Part shown: positions 25,757-35,787 of the stretch, piece after piece | Numbering within the stretch: position 1 is the stretch's first letter | Layout of the letters: the number at the start of each line of letters is the position of its first letter | From: Candidatus Aegiribacteria sp. | GTDB lineage: Bacteria; Fermentibacterota; Fermentibacteria; Fermentibacterales; JCC-6 | Length of the DNA stretch: 64,000 bases | Assembly (NCBI GenBank): GCA_013138965.1 | Contig: WTBT01000050.1 | Span: 4,658 to 68,657 of the forward strand | Direction of reading: 5' to 3' | The notes under the pieces: generated by a model | Databases searched by the model: none | What the model saw: only the letters and a program-made list of their open reading frames with translations | What the model was told of the DNA's origin: nothing | Translations under genes and position numbers: made by a program

Positions 25757-26442
25757 TCCTCCTCACTATCGTAGGGTTTCAGATTAAGATTCTGCTTTTC
25801 TTCGTCTGAGAAGAATGCAATCAGGCTGTCCGGAGAGGTTTCCACGATATATGATTCCTCTTCCATAGAATATCCCTCTGATTCTGTCTCTTCTGATTCT
25901 GAGAATATTTTTGTGAGTATGCCCTGGGATTCGAGCACTTTGTTCATTCTTTCAGTTTTTGGAAAAGCATCACTGTCATGTTCGGGTACGTCTTCCTCAG
26001 TCTCTAATGAGACCTGATCTGACGAATTCTTCCAGGATCTGGCTTCTTCCAGTTTATCCCTGGCCTCATCATCCCCAGGATGCTCAAATAGATACTCTTC
26101 AAAGAAATTGACAGCTTCACTCCAGTTCTCCTTCTTAAAGTGTATCTCAGCAAGATTTTTGAGCGCAACAAGGTTCTGCGGCTGTACCGAATTTACTGTT
26201 TCGAAACTTTCCATTGCCTTCTCTAGAAGACCTAAATCCCGATAACATTTTCCGAGAACCACGGTTATGGAAGTGTTGTTCTTCCATCGCCTCAAACCTG
26301 TATCCGCCACTTCCCTGGATTCATCAAGCCTGCCCATCTGACGCAGTATTTCTGCAAGCCTCGAACACAGTATGGAAGAGGGGTTACTGACCCATTCACT
26401 TTCTAATTTCTCAAGCTCTCGTACGGATACGTTATCTGTCAT
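25753..26442 (-). CDS. TPR-repeat protein
   Basis: Repeated TPR-like helices (LGKCYRDLGLLEKAMESFE..., LAEIHFKKENWSEAVNFFEEY...) and an acidic C-terminus. Confidence 0.55.
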   Translation of the reverse strand: MTDNVSVRELEKLESEWVSNPSSILCSRLAEILRQMGRLDESREVADTGLRRWKNNTSITVVLGKCYRDLGLLEKAMESFETVNSVQPQNLVALKNLAEIHFKKENWSEAVNFFEEYLFEHPGDDEARDKLEEARSWKNSSDQVSLETEEDVPEHDSDAFPKTERMNKVLESQGILTKIFSESEETESEGYSMEEESYIVETSPDSLIAFFSDEEKQNLNLKPYDSEEE

Positions 26443-27388
26443 TATCTCCCCCCAGCATGAATGTATTCATAATAATCCACCCTTCACGAATATATGGCTC
26501 CTTCTCCCGGTTTTCGTGGAAAACTTCCGTATCCAGCAAATACCTTCTGCCGTTGCTTCTTAGAACATAACTTGTAAACGCGCCTGCATTCAGGTGCTCC
26601 GGATTTCTCCACATACCCAGAAGTCTCAAGCCATGAAGACCTCTCAGGTCTACGGGCAGTACTTCAACAGATGATCTGTCAACGGAATCGGCAGCCGAAT
26701 CGTAGAAGTAATTCCTTGCAACCGCCTCTCTCCAGAGTACCGCATCATCCGGAGACAGTACTACAGAATCATCGATCCACCTTATACTCAAGAGTATAAG
26801 GCACTTATCGGATACGGTCCGCTGATACTGGATGAATCCGGCTTCAAGATTCCACTCTGCAAGATGATATGATTTGGGTATATCCATACTGAAACCGAGT
26901 ACAAGAAGGCTGTCTATCCTTTCGGGGCTGCTCATCTGAGTTGATACGAAACTGCTGTAGATATATGATGTAAGGTGATGGTTGTAAGCCTGTTCAAGCA
27001 GATTCGAAAGTGCATCCGTATCGGTGAACCCTGGCAGCACTATTCCCAGAACAATCTGATCCTTCGCCCATATATTCTCTCCGCTGAAGATACCGCCTGA
27101 CAGCTGAAGATCATCGGGAAGCTGAAGACTGTTTTCGGTAATGAACAGAATTGTACGCCTTGCCTTGAGATCATCCCTGAAATCCTCCCTTGAGCAGGTG
27201 GAGAAATCAAAGACATTCTCGGTATCCACTGTTGTTACATGAAGCTGGATCTCGTCCAGCAGATCGTCCATTTTCTGTAGATCAATACCAGGCTCGTAAA
27301 CTATAAGAACTCCTTTTACAGGACCTGTTGCGGGCCCGGCACAGGATACCAGCAGAAGCAGCAGGATCATAAATGCAAAATGTTTCAT
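26432..27388 (-). CDS. Hypothetical lipoprotein
   Basis: Lipobox LLLVSCAG. No catalytic motif recognised. Confidence 0.5.
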   Translation of the reverse strand: MKHFAFMILLLLLVSCAGPATGPVKGVLIVYEPGIDLQKMDDLLDEIQLHVTTVDTENVFDFSTCSREDFRDDLKARRTILFITENSLQLPDDLQLSGGIFSGENIWAKDQIVLGIVLPGFTDTDALSNLLEQAYNHHLTSYIYSSFVSTQMSSPERIDSLLVLGFSMDIPKSYHLAEWNLEAGFIQYQRTVSDKCLILLSIRWIDDSVVLSPDDAVLWREAVARNYFYDSAADSVDRSSVEVLPVDLRGLHGLRLLGMWRNPEHLNAGAFTSYVLRSNGRRYLLDTEVFHENREKEPYIREGWIIMNTFMLGGDNDR

Positions 27389-27747
27389 TTGTTTTTCCTC
27401 CGGGAGGAGAACAACGGTACAACATATCGCAGAAGAGTAAGCGCCGGAGGTATGAAACGGGCTGCTCCGTCGATTATCTGGGATGATCCCGCTTTACCGT
27501 TTATCCTGTTCAGAAGTGTGGTTGTAGCATTCGCTGTTATACCGATATCCTCTCCTGTTTTTTCTATTTCCTGAAGTGCCGATGAAATACGGGGGGTCAG
27601 ATCTACTATTTCCCTGCCGAGAGACGAAAGAGTCCTCTCCATTTCAGTGAGAGTCCTGTGCATTTTCATTACTATCGAAATGAAGAATCCTAAACCAATG
27701 AACAGGCCTGCAGCACCTACGAGCTGAATAACGAATAATCCTCCCAT
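27385..27747 (-). CDS. Small membrane-anchored hypothetical protein
   Basis: One N-terminal TM helix followed by a helical region. Overlaps the downstream gene by 4 nt. Confidence 0.45.
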   Translation of the reverse strand: MGGLFVIQLVGAAGLFIGLGFFISIVMKMHRTLTEMERTLSSLGREIVDLTPRISSALQEIEKTGEDIGITANATTTLLNRINGKAGSSQIIDGAARFIPPALTLLRYVVPLFSSRRKNK

Positions 27748-28116
27748 TGAATACTCCTATTCTATTCTATTTCAGGAACCATTTTTCTTCTGTTGATTCC
27801 TGAGATTCACTATTATCACATCCGGCTGCACCATCCATGAACCCTGGACAGGTTTATGGAAAGATAACCGATAATAACCTATAGTATAGGCATACAGAAA
27901 TACCATGGTTAATGTCAACCTTTATACTACCATACAGCACCACAAGATAAAGTTGTCCCATAATCAGTATAACAATACACTTCTTGACCGCTTGCTGCAA
28001 CGAATTCAGATCATTTGGATAATACATTTAGTCCTCTGGCTTCCGCAGCATATTCAGCGGACTCTCCGCTGAAGAGCGAAAATTGATATTGCCGGCCCAG
28101 CGAGTGAATATCACAG

Positions 28117-28143
28117 CTACTGCAGTCTGCTGATTTGAGCGTT
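28117..28143. repeat. Left copy of the tctgctgatttga motif flanking the vapBC islet
   Basis: ctactgcagtctgctgatttgagcgtt. The 13-nt core at 28126-28138 is identical to 29191-29203. Confidence 0.8.
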
Positions 28144-28389
28144 GGAATTGTATATGTGGAAATCCGGGATATTCAAGGGGACGTGCGGATCCTAAGAAAA
28201 GAATCTGGTTGTAAATGTGTTGAAATGGAAGCGGCAGCACTTTTTGCTGTTGCAAGATTTCGGAATGTTGCTCAAATCCTCTATGCAGGTGATGACCTAA
28301 GTGGTGATTTTGGGGATTCAAGAAACTGGAGCGATCGACAAGCTATCAGAGAAGAATTATTGGAACTGCCTGCGAGTCCTTATGAATAA
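28135..28389 (+). pseudogene. C-terminal fragment of a PNP/UDP-family nucleoside phosphorylase
   Basis: VEMEAAALFAVARFRNVAQILYAGDDLSG is the conserved C-terminal segment of the family. The preceding roughly 170 aa of the fold are absent. Confidence 0.5.
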
Positions 28390-28548
28390 TCGGCTAACAA
28401 TGGCATCAACTAGTCGCAGTAGCCTGAGTGCCAGCATCTTACTGTCATAACTGTGCTAGGAGACTGTCCGATAATGCGGCATCGGCATAAGAGAAGGCTT
28501 GACAATACTGTATCGATGCCACATAGGTATTACGAAATGGGGGTCGAT

Positions 28549-28758
28549 ATGGATACCGTAAAATTATCACCAAAATATCAGATTGTAGTCCCGAAAAGAA
28601 TTAGGGAGAAAATGTCCCTTCATCCGGGAGAGATGTTTGAGATCATCGGTTTCGAAGAACGGATTGAGTTAATACCTATTCGTCCAATGTCTTCAGTCAG
28701 AGGTTTTCTCAAGGATTTGGATCCTTCTTTTAAAAGAGACGAAAGAGACAGAGTTTAA
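28549..28758 (+). CDS. vapB: AbrB/MazE/SpoVT-family antitoxin (VapB-like)
   Basis: VKLSPKYQIVVPKRIREKMSLHPGEMFEII is a swapped-hairpin motif. The start is taken at ATG 28549 after GGGGG (28537 is also possible). The gene ends 2 nt before vapC. Confidence 0.7.
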   Translation: MDTVKLSPKYQIVVPKRIREKMSLHPGEMFEIIGFEERIELIPIRPMSSVRGFLKDLDPSFKRDERDRV

Positions 28759-28760
28759 TC

Positions 28761-29159
28761 ATGAATCTTGTAGACACTTCGGGCTGGATCGAGTACTTCT
28801 TTGATGAACCCAATGCTGGACATTTCGCTAACGTAATAGAAGACACTGAAAATCTGATCATATCTGTTATTAACCAGTACGAAGTATTCAAGAAAGTATT
28901 GCTTGTCGCGGATGAAGAGAAAGCGCTAAGAGCTATTGCCCAGATGAAACAGGGACATGTGATTCAGTTGACAGAGGAGATAGCACTTCTTGCCGCCAAG
29001 TTGAGCATTAAACATAGACTTCCAATGGCTGATAGTATGATATATGCTACTGGTCAATCCATGGAAGCGATGGTTTGGACCCAAGATGCTGATTTCAAAA
29101 TCCTTCCTCAGGTGGAATATATAATGAAGTCCGAACAATCAAATCCAGCAGAACTATAA
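28761..29159 (+). CDS. vapC: PIN-domain VapC-family toxin
   Basis: MNLVDTSGWIEYF (first acidic residue), later D in MADSMIYATG and WTQDADF. Confidence 0.8.
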   Translation: MNLVDTSGWIEYFFDEPNAGHFANVIEDTENLIISVINQYEVFKKVLLVADEEKALRAIAQMKQGHVIQLTEEIALLAAKLSIKHRLPMADSMIYATGQSMEAMVWTQDADFKILPQVEYIMKSEQSNPAEL

Positions 29160-29181
29160 CCTTCGATACTTATTTCCCATG

Positions 29182-29208
29182 TTACTGTAATCTGCTGATT
29201 TGAAGCTG
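29182..29208. repeat. Right copy of the tctgctgatttga motif flanking the vapBC islet
   Basis: ttactgtaatctgctgatttgaagctg. Confidence 0.8.
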
Positions 29209-29261
29209 ATCCTCACTGTCAATAATATGCACGGATTAATAATGCAAAGCCTGTCCGGATT

Positions 29262-30104
29262 CTAATTGTTCCGTTTCCAGGCTTTCACGGTGTTGGACAG
29301 AAGGAAAGCGATGGTAAGAGGCCCTACGCCGCCGGGAACCGGAGTTATTGCCCCGCAGATCGGGGCAACGTTATCAAAATCAACATCACCTACAAGACCC
29401 TCATCAGTTCGGCTGATACCAACATCAATAACCGTTGCTCCGGGTTTGATGAACTCCCTCTTTATGAAACGGGGACGACCCACGGCAGCTACGAGTATGT
29501 CGGCCTTCCTGCATAGACCTTCCAGATCAGAGGTGTGTGAATGAGCAAGCGAAACCGTTGCGTTCTCTCGAAGAAGAAGCGCAGCCAGAGGTTTACCTAC
29601 TATGTTGCTTCTTCCTACAATAACGGCATCGGCACCGTCGATATCGATGTTGCTGTGCTTCATAAGGGCGATGATTCCAACGGGAGTACATGGGAAGAGG
29701 CCATCTTCCCCCCTCCACAATCTGCCTACATTTTCGGGATGGAACCCGTCTACGTCTTTTTCTGGCAGTATCGCTGAAGCCACTGTATCGGCAGATATAT
29801 GGCCGGGAAGAGGCAGCTGGCAGAGTATACCGTCAACGGATGTATCTTGATTGAGACTGTCTATCTGCAGAAGAAGCTTCTGCTGCGAGACCGATCCGTC
29901 AAGCCTTACTACAACACTATCTATCCCGGCTTTACCGCAGGCTTTTTCCTTCATTGAAACGTATACCCGGCTTGCGGGATCATCTCCAACGATAACCACG
30001 GCCAGCCCGGGAGGCCGGCCGCCGATCCTGTTAATCTCTTCTGCGAGGTTTCTCCGTACTTCCTTCGCGAATTTTCTTCCGGACAGTACAGATGATTCTG
30101 CCAT
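29262..30104 (-). CDS. folD: Bifunctional methylenetetrahydrofolate dehydrogenase/cyclohydrolase
   Basis: LAVVIVGDDPASRVYVSMKEKAC, GILCQLPLP, DVDGFHP, VIVGRSNIVGKPLA and ITPVPGGVGPLT. Confidence 0.9.
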   Translation of the reverse strand: MAESSVLSGRKFAKEVRRNLAEEINRIGGRPPGLAVVIVGDDPASRVYVSMKEKACGKAGIDSVVVRLDGSVSQQKLLLQIDSLNQDTSVDGILCQLPLPGHISADTVASAILPEKDVDGFHPENVGRLWRGEDGLFPCTPVGIIALMKHSNIDIDGADAVIVGRSNIVGKPLAALLLRENATVSLAHSHTSDLEGLCRKADILVAAVGRPRFIKREFIKPGATVIDVGISRTDEGLVGDVDFDNVAPICGAITPVPGGVGPLTIAFLLSNTVKAWKRNN

Positions 30105-30114
30105 GAAGAATTCT

Positions 30115-30429
30115 CTATCCTCTGCTAATCGATTTGATCTCTATTCTCGTGTAATCCTGGCGATGACCCTGTGTTCTTTCGTATCCCTTGCGACGTTTCC
30201 GCTTGTAGACAATGATTTTCTTTCCCCTGCCATGCTCAAGTATTTCAGCTTCCACTGAAGCGCCGGCAACCAGAGGGGTTCCAACTTCTACATCATCACC
30301 GTCACCGACCAGGAGAACTTTCTCAAGATTAATTGAATCACCTTCCCCGGATACGATTCTGGGGACATTCAGTTTCATACCGGGTTCCACTTTGAACTGA
30401 AATCCACCGGTTTCAATTACTGCGTACAA
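30115..30429 (-). CDS. rplU: 50S ribosomal protein L21
   Basis: (M)YAVIETGGFQFKVEPG. TTG 30429 preceded by GGAGGTG with a 5-nt spacer. Confidence 0.85.
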   Translation of the reverse strand: MYAVIETGGFQFKVEPGMKLNVPRIVSGEGDSINLEKVLLVGDGDDVEVGTPLVAGASVEAEILEHGRGKKIIVYKRKRRKGYERTQGHRQDYTRIEIKSISRG

Positions 30430-30473
30430 CTGTTCACCTCCGCATTTAACATTCAATTCCAACAGTCAGTGAA

Positions 30474-32018
30474 TCAGGATTTCCCTGATCGACTGTAGAG
30501 ACTGGTTATCTCTTCATGCACATTTAAAGAATATACTTTGAATTCATCAACTCTGAGCTGGCCATCTTCCCGTATATCGATGCTGAGGTGGGAAATGGAC
30601 GCTATATGATCTATTCTCTTTCCCTCTTCTTCATGCAGGTACTCGGCAAGTTTCGGATGAACGGAAATCACAAGATTCCTGTGCGTCCGGTCAAGGGACG
30701 CTCTTTCAATAAACCGCCCCAGCCTGGTAGCTGTTGATACCGTGGACATCACTCTGCCTGAACCGCCACAGCAGGTGCAGGGTTGAGAGAGAGCCTGAAA
30801 TACACTCGGGCGTACCCTTTTTCTGGTCATCTCAACCAGTCCGAGGGGACTGACCTGGCATGTTTTTGTAGGCGATCTATCCCTGCTCAGTTCACTTCTG
30901 AGGGTATTGAGCACCTTCTCCTTGTGATCGGGGAAATCCATATCGATAAAATCAATAACGATAATACCACCGAGGTCACGCAGCCGAAGCTGGCGCGCAA
31001 CTTCCTTAGCGGCTTCCATATTTGTCTTGAGGATGGTGTATTCCTGTTTCTTCCTGCCCACGTATCTCTTTGTGTTGACATCGATTGCTACAAGAGCTTC
31101 CGTGTGCTCGATGACAAGTGACCCGCCGCTCTTGAGGGATACTTCTCTGTCCATTATCCCCGTTATTTCCTGCTCTATTCCGAAATGATCGAATATCGGG
31201 GTTTTCCCTCTGTAATACTTTACTTTGCCCGTCATACCGCTGGCATAGGTTTTCAGATACTTTCTTGCTTCTCTCGCTACCGTTTTAGAATCAGTAACTA
31301 TGGAATTGGTATCCAGGGTGACCAGATCCCTCATTGTAATGGTCACGATATCCTGTTCCTGGTGAAGAAGGGAAGGCGCTTTCCGCTTAAGGGCGGTTTG
31401 CCCGACCTCCTTCCATCTTTGCACAATGGTATCCATATCCACCTTGAAGGCTTTTTCGTCCTGCGAGATTCCTGCGGTCCTGGCGATAATACCGTATCCG
31501 GGTGTCTTCACTGCGGACAGGATCTTCCTGAGCCGTGCTCTTTCCGTCCTGTCACTGATCTTCCTTGATATTCCGGTAATGGATTCACCCGGCATACTCA
31601 CGATATATCTTCCCGCAATGGAGATCCTGGTACTGACTCTTGCGCCTTTTGTCCCTATGGGTTCCTTTGTAACCTGCACAAGGATAGCCTGTCCTTTTTT
31701 CAGGACTTTCTCTATGGAATCGCTTACCTCTTTTGTGCTTGCGGGTAAGCCGCTGGCAAGGGATTTTGCGAACATCTCGGTGTCCACCGCGCCGGAACGG
31801 GTATCACTTACATGCAGAAAGGCACTTCTCTCGAGACCTATATCCACAAAGGCCGCCTGCATACCGGGCAGTACGGCATTTACTTTTCCCAGGTAAATAT
31901 TCCCTACCTGTCTTTTCTCGTTTCCGTCTTCAACAATTATCTCCATCAGCCTATTGTCTTCAAGAATTCCAATTCTTGTAACTTCCGGATGGGAGTTTAT
32001 TATAAAATCAACTTTCAA
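30474..32018 (-). CDS. rng: Ribonuclease G/E family (Rne/Rng) endoribonuclease
   Basis: S1 domain GNIYLGKVNAVLPGMQAAFVDIG, catalytic region VIDFIDM. The 514-aa length is typical of RNase G. Confidence 0.75.
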   Translation of the reverse strand: MKVDFIINSHPEVTRIGILEDNRLMEIIVEDGNEKRQVGNIYLGKVNAVLPGMQAAFVDIGLERSAFLHVSDTRSGAVDTEMFAKSLASGLPASTKEVSDSIEKVLKKGQAILVQVTKEPIGTKGARVSTRISIAGRYIVSMPGESITGISRKISDRTERARLRKILSAVKTPGYGIIARTAGISQDEKAFKVDMDTIVQRWKEVGQTALKRKAPSLLHQEQDIVTITMRDLVTLDTNSIVTDSKTVAREARKYLKTYASGMTGKVKYYRGKTPIFDHFGIEQEITGIMDREVSLKSGGSLVIEHTEALVAIDVNTKRYVGRKKQEYTILKTNMEAAKEVARQLRLRDLGGIIVIDFIDMDFPDHKEKVLNTLRSELSRDRSPTKTCQVSPLGLVEMTRKRVRPSVFQALSQPCTCCGGSGRVMSTVSTATRLGRFIERASLDRTHRNLVISVHPKLAEYLHEEEGKRIDHIASISHLSIDIREDGQLRVDEFKVYSLNVHEEITSLYSRSGKS

Positions 32019-34437
32019 AGAACTTCTTCTCCAAATCTCTGCTGTGAGACCTGAATGATCTCCAGCAATTACTGTCGTAACAAGTATATATATCCGTCCG
32101 TTTAATACTTACCGGGTAATCCAGTATTTCGGATAAAAGCAGATCCGGACGGGATTTCCTGCTATCCGTCAGTGTCATAAATACGACACAACCATCTTTT
32201 TCATTCACGCTGAGTACATACCTGCTGTTACCAAGGAACTCAGCTGTCCTTCCGGCTTCCTCTACTGTCCATAATTCGCAATCCGACGATACGCTGTATC
32301 CGGCTGCGACTGAACCCCCCCCGTCAGGCGAAGGTGTATCCGGGGCCAGCGTCCAGGTTTCCTCAACCCTGAGACCTGGGGGCATGAACCGGTTGAGAAG
32401 CTCTTCAGCCCTGCTGACAGGTATTGTATTCAACTCTATATCTATATACTCTGCGATACTCTCAATACCAAGTGGAAGAGGAGGGCCAAAATGTACTCTA
32501 GGCCTTGTAACATAACCATCAGACCACGACACAGGCAAATCAGAACGTCTCAGTAGCCTTCCCCACATCCTAACCATATCAAGATGGGAAGTGTATGCCG
32601 CGCAATCTGTCTTTGAATAACGTACCCTCAGTACAGCAGCACAATTTGTCGATGATACGAAACCATCGTGGGTGAAATCCCGAACGGGAGTTTCCGTGCT
32701 GTCCATGGTTCCCGGGCAGGCGCCACATCCTCTGCACCCCTCCTCCCTGCAATCGGGAGTGTTCCGGCTTTCGGAATAGCGTTTATTCTCCGCTTCAAGA
32801 AACGACTGCGAAACACCAGTGGAAACAAAGTTCCATGGAAGCTCTTCGCACGGTTCGATACCTGACTGCAGCCGAGTCAGGAGATGATCGTAACCGTCAA
32901 TAAGGTCTTTCCATATATCCCATCTGAATCTATCGGTCCATGCGTCAAACCTTGCTCCCTGCAGCACAGCTTTCTCCAGCATATCAGCGGTATCTCCGTC
33001 ATTACCCAGCGAAAGCAGCCCTTCGATAATGGCCACATTGGGGCTGTTCCAGCTCAGAGATACTTTCTTTCCGCAGATTCTCCTCACCATCCTGATTCTC
33101 CGCCATAGTTCATTTTCATCCATCTGCGGCGACCACTGCAGCGGTGTATGTGCTTTCGGTACGAAAGGAGAAAGGGCGGCCGTAATGCTCTTTCTGGGAT
33201 TACGGCCATGCTTTCGGGCAACGGCTGCTATCTTTAATACCAGCTCACCGATCCCGGTCACATCCTCATCGGATTCCTCCGGAAGGCCCACCATGAAATA
33301 GAGCTTTATCCCCTTTGCTCCCATTCTGAAAACTGTGTCAACCGCATCGAGGATAACTTCATCTGACATGGGCTTGTTAATCTTCTGCCTCATCGATTCC
33401 GTGCCAGCTTCGGGTGCGATTGTAATTCTGCCGGTGATGCTGCAGCTTTCTTCAAGCCGGGTTATCGTATCCGGCCTCATCGATGGCCTGCCGATGGATG
33501 TATGGTGCTTTACGGCCAGCATGTCCATCCCCTCCAGGAGCATAGGCAGATGAGAATAATCGGAAAGTGAAAGAGTCAGGAGGCCGGATTTCTCCCATCC
33601 TGTGGATTCGAGGATTCTGTCTAGAAGATCTACTGTCTCATCAGGCGCTCTCTCCCTAACGGGCCTGTAAAGCTGCGAAGCCTGGCAGAATCTGCATCCT
33701 CTGGTGCAGCCCCTGGCAATCTCAATAACTGCCCTGTCCTGCGATATCCTGGAATTCGGAACCAGTTGTCTCACCGGAGCATATTCCATTCGGAGGCTTT
33801 CGATCCTCTGCATCTCCACATGTTTCTTTCCCAGAATCGGGACATATACACCGGGTATTTCACCGGCTTTCTTCAGACGATCGCTGCGCGAGCCGACACC
33901 CGCAAGAATCCTGAACAGATCCACCGCCTGCTCCTCTATCTCGCCCAGAAAGAAAATATCCGCAAAGGGAGCAAGAGGAAGAGGATTACTCAGGCCGCCG
34001 CCTCCGAAAAGGATAACGGGGGCATTATCATCTCTGTCGCTGCTGCGGAGGGGCAATCCCATTCTTGTTATGAGATGAAGCGCATTCGTATACAAAGCCT
34101 CGGAGGCAATGCCGAAACCTACGACCCTGCTGAAACGGACAGGGTCCTTTCCTTCCAGATCAACCCATTCCAGGTTCTCCCCGCCTATGATCCCATCCAT
34201 ATCCGGAGCAGGACAGAATGCTCTTCTTACATCAAACCGAGTGTTCGAGAGCAGAATATGCCTGAGAATCACAAGTCCGAAATTGGACATGCCCAGTTCG
34301 TATATATCTGGATATACAAGCGTGACCCTTGGCCCCCCTCTTTCGGTGACATCAAGATTCCACTCTCCCCCGATATACTGCTGGGGTCTTTGTACCTTTT
34401 GAAGGAATTGCGCGTAGGGATGGCCTGCGCAGATCAA
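32008..34437 (-). CDS. Radical SAM protein (TIGR03960-like) fused to a DUF2344/TIGR03936-like C-terminal domain
   Basis: CTRGCRFCQA is a CxxxCxxC cluster motif. Large N-terminal B12-binding-like region. Adjacency to an RNase E/G gene is the usual context for this family. Confidence 0.7.
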   Translation of the reverse strand: MICAGHPYAQFLQKVQRPQQYIGGEWNLDVTERGGPRVTLVYPDIYELGMSNFGLVILRHILLSNTRFDVRRAFCPAPDMDGIIGGENLEWVDLEGKDPVRFSRVVGFGIASEALYTNALHLITRMGLPLRSSDRDDNAPVILFGGGGLSNPLPLAPFADIFFLGEIEEQAVDLFRILAGVGSRSDRLKKAGEIPGVYVPILGKKHVEMQRIESLRMEYAPVRQLVPNSRISQDRAVIEIARGCTRGCRFCQASQLYRPVRERAPDETVDLLDRILESTGWEKSGLLTLSLSDYSHLPMLLEGMDMLAVKHHTSIGRPSMRPDTITRLEESCSITGRITIAPEAGTESMRQKINKPMSDEVILDAVDTVFRMGAKGIKLYFMVGLPEESDEDVTGIGELVLKIAAVARKHGRNPRKSITAALSPFVPKAHTPLQWSPQMDENELWRRIRMVRRICGKKVSLSWNSPNVAIIEGLLSLGNDGDTADMLEKAVLQGARFDAWTDRFRWDIWKDLIDGYDHLLTRLQSGIEPCEELPWNFVSTGVSQSFLEAENKRYSESRNTPDCREEGCRGCGACPGTMDSTETPVRDFTHDGFVSSTNCAAVLRVRYSKTDCAAYTSHLDMVRMWGRLLRRSDLPVSWSDGYVTRPRVHFGPPLPLGIESIAEYIDIELNTIPVSRAEELLNRFMPPGLRVEETWTLAPDTPSPDGGGSVAAGYSVSSDCELWTVEEAGRTAEFLGNSRYVLSVNEKDGCVVFMTLTDSRKSRPDLLLSEILDYPVSIKRTDIYTCYDSNCWRSFRSHSRDLEKKFFES

Positions 34438-34958
34438 ATTAGTAACGGGGCAGGCAGATCGATCTTCTGGGAAACCGGGTTTGCCAGAAGTCCATGATCT
34501 CTGCGGGTGGAGACAGTCAGGTCCAGAACTCTGTTTCTGGCATTATCGAACGATATCCCGGATGCAAAACCGAAACGCCATAGAACCGAACAGAGGACAC
34601 CTTCAACCTCGCATCTGTTCCTGCGGAGGATTGCTGTCCAGTTCTCAGAAACACTGTCGACTCTGTCAGTTACACGAACATCGATCCATACCATCCTGTC
34701 ATCCGACCGGTCAACAGGCTTGCTGAACTCATCGATGAATGACCATGTCTGCTTGTTTGGGTTAACAATATCATGGTAGCGGGATACTATCCCGCTGACG
34801 GTTTCTCTGCCCAGGCAAGGGTTCAGAAAACACCAGTAATCGTACCGCTCAAGACTGTCAGGGCACGTTTCGGGATATATCCGTCTGAAAGTTGACATGG
34901 CGGTCATGGCAGCCGGATCGGGGGATTTCAATCTGACGATGATCGAGATATTTCCCAT
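34434..34958 (-). CDS. PurS-like protein (apparently a tandem or extended PurS fold)
   Basis: Sits directly downstream of purQ (TAG then ATG 34958). ISIIVRLKSPDPAAMTAMSTFRRI resembles the PurS beta-alpha pattern. At 174 aa it is about twice the usual PurS length. Confidence 0.4.
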   Translation of the reverse strand: MGNISIIVRLKSPDPAAMTAMSTFRRIYPETCPDSLERYDYWCFLNPCLGRETVSGIVSRYHDIVNPNKQTWSFIDEFSKPVDRSDDRMVWIDVRVTDRVDSVSENWTAILRRNRCEVEGVLCSVLWRFGFASGISFDNARNRVLDLTVSTRRDHGLLANPVSQKIDLPAPLLI

Positions 34959-34959
34959 A

Positions 34960-35787
34960 CTAGCGTTCCCCTCTGAAGTGATCGGCAAGGCTCATGAAGA
35001 AAAGCGATCCGGGACCTTTCGTGTCAGCATGGGAACCGGAACGGAGTGACTGATCTCTGCGGTCCCCCCATTCTCCGGGAATCCACGGTGGAAGCTGCCA
35101 CATCCAGAAAGCCCTTTCAGGATGAGGCATCATCGCCAGCACATTTCCGCGGTCGTTCATGATCCCGGCAAGGTTAAGGAAAGAACCGTTCGGATTAACC
35201 GGATAATCACTCGATTCGATTCCTTTTTCATCACAGTATTTCAGAGCCGCACTGCTAGAGGCTCTTTCCCGGTTCTCCTCGGAAAATACAAACCTTCCCT
35301 CGGCGTGGGCTATGGGCAGGGGTATGATCCCGTTGCCTGTCTTTCCAAGCCATGGACAGATCTGCTGCGCCTTAGCAGCGACGTGAAGAAATACCCACCT
35401 GCTCAGGTAACCGCTGCGTCCGCTGATGTGATTCGCCGCAAGGGCGGATTCAATCCTTCCCCTCTCCCATCCGGGGACCATACCGCTTTCCACAAGTATC
35501 TGGGCGCCGTTGCATATACCCAAAACAGGTTTGCCGCCTGCGGCCTCGCTGAAAACCAGATCCATTATTCTTTCCTTTGCGGCCACAGCTCCGGCACGAA
35601 CCCTGTCCTGAAACGAAAACCCCCCGGGAAGTACGTAAGCGTCCGGCTGGGAATCCCTCAGCTCCCGGCATTGATTCCAACGGTAAATACAGCTATCCAT
35701 GCCACTATTCAGGATACCGCGCTTCGTTTCATACTCGCAGTTTGACCCGGGGAACTGAATTACCGCAACAAGAGGAACGGACTTCAT
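34960..35787 (-). CDS. purQ: Phosphoribosylformylglycinamidine synthase, glutaminase subunit
   Basis: VAVIQFPGSNCEYE, GGFSFQD, GICNGAQIL (nucleophile Cys) and HAEGRF. ATG 35787 overlaps the purL stop as ATGA. Confidence 0.85.
   Translation of the reverse strand: MKSVPLVAVIQFPGSNCEYETKRGILNSGMDSCIYRWNQCRELRDSQPDAYVLPGGFSFQDRVRAGAVAAKERIMDLVFSEAAGGKPVLGICNGAQILVESGMVPGWERGRIESALAANHISGRSGYLSRWVFLHVAAKAQQICPWLGKTGNGIIPLPIAHAEGRFVFSEENRERASSSAALKYCDEKGIESSDYPVNPNGSFLNLAGIMNDRGNVLAMMPHPERAFWMWQLPPWIPGEWGDRRDQSLRSGSHADTKGPGSLFFMSLADHFRGER

Noticed and set aside
28028-28321. Minus-strand 97-aa ORF
   Set aside because: It is antisense to the nucleoside-phosphorylase remnant, whose EMEAAALFAVA motif identifies the real frame.
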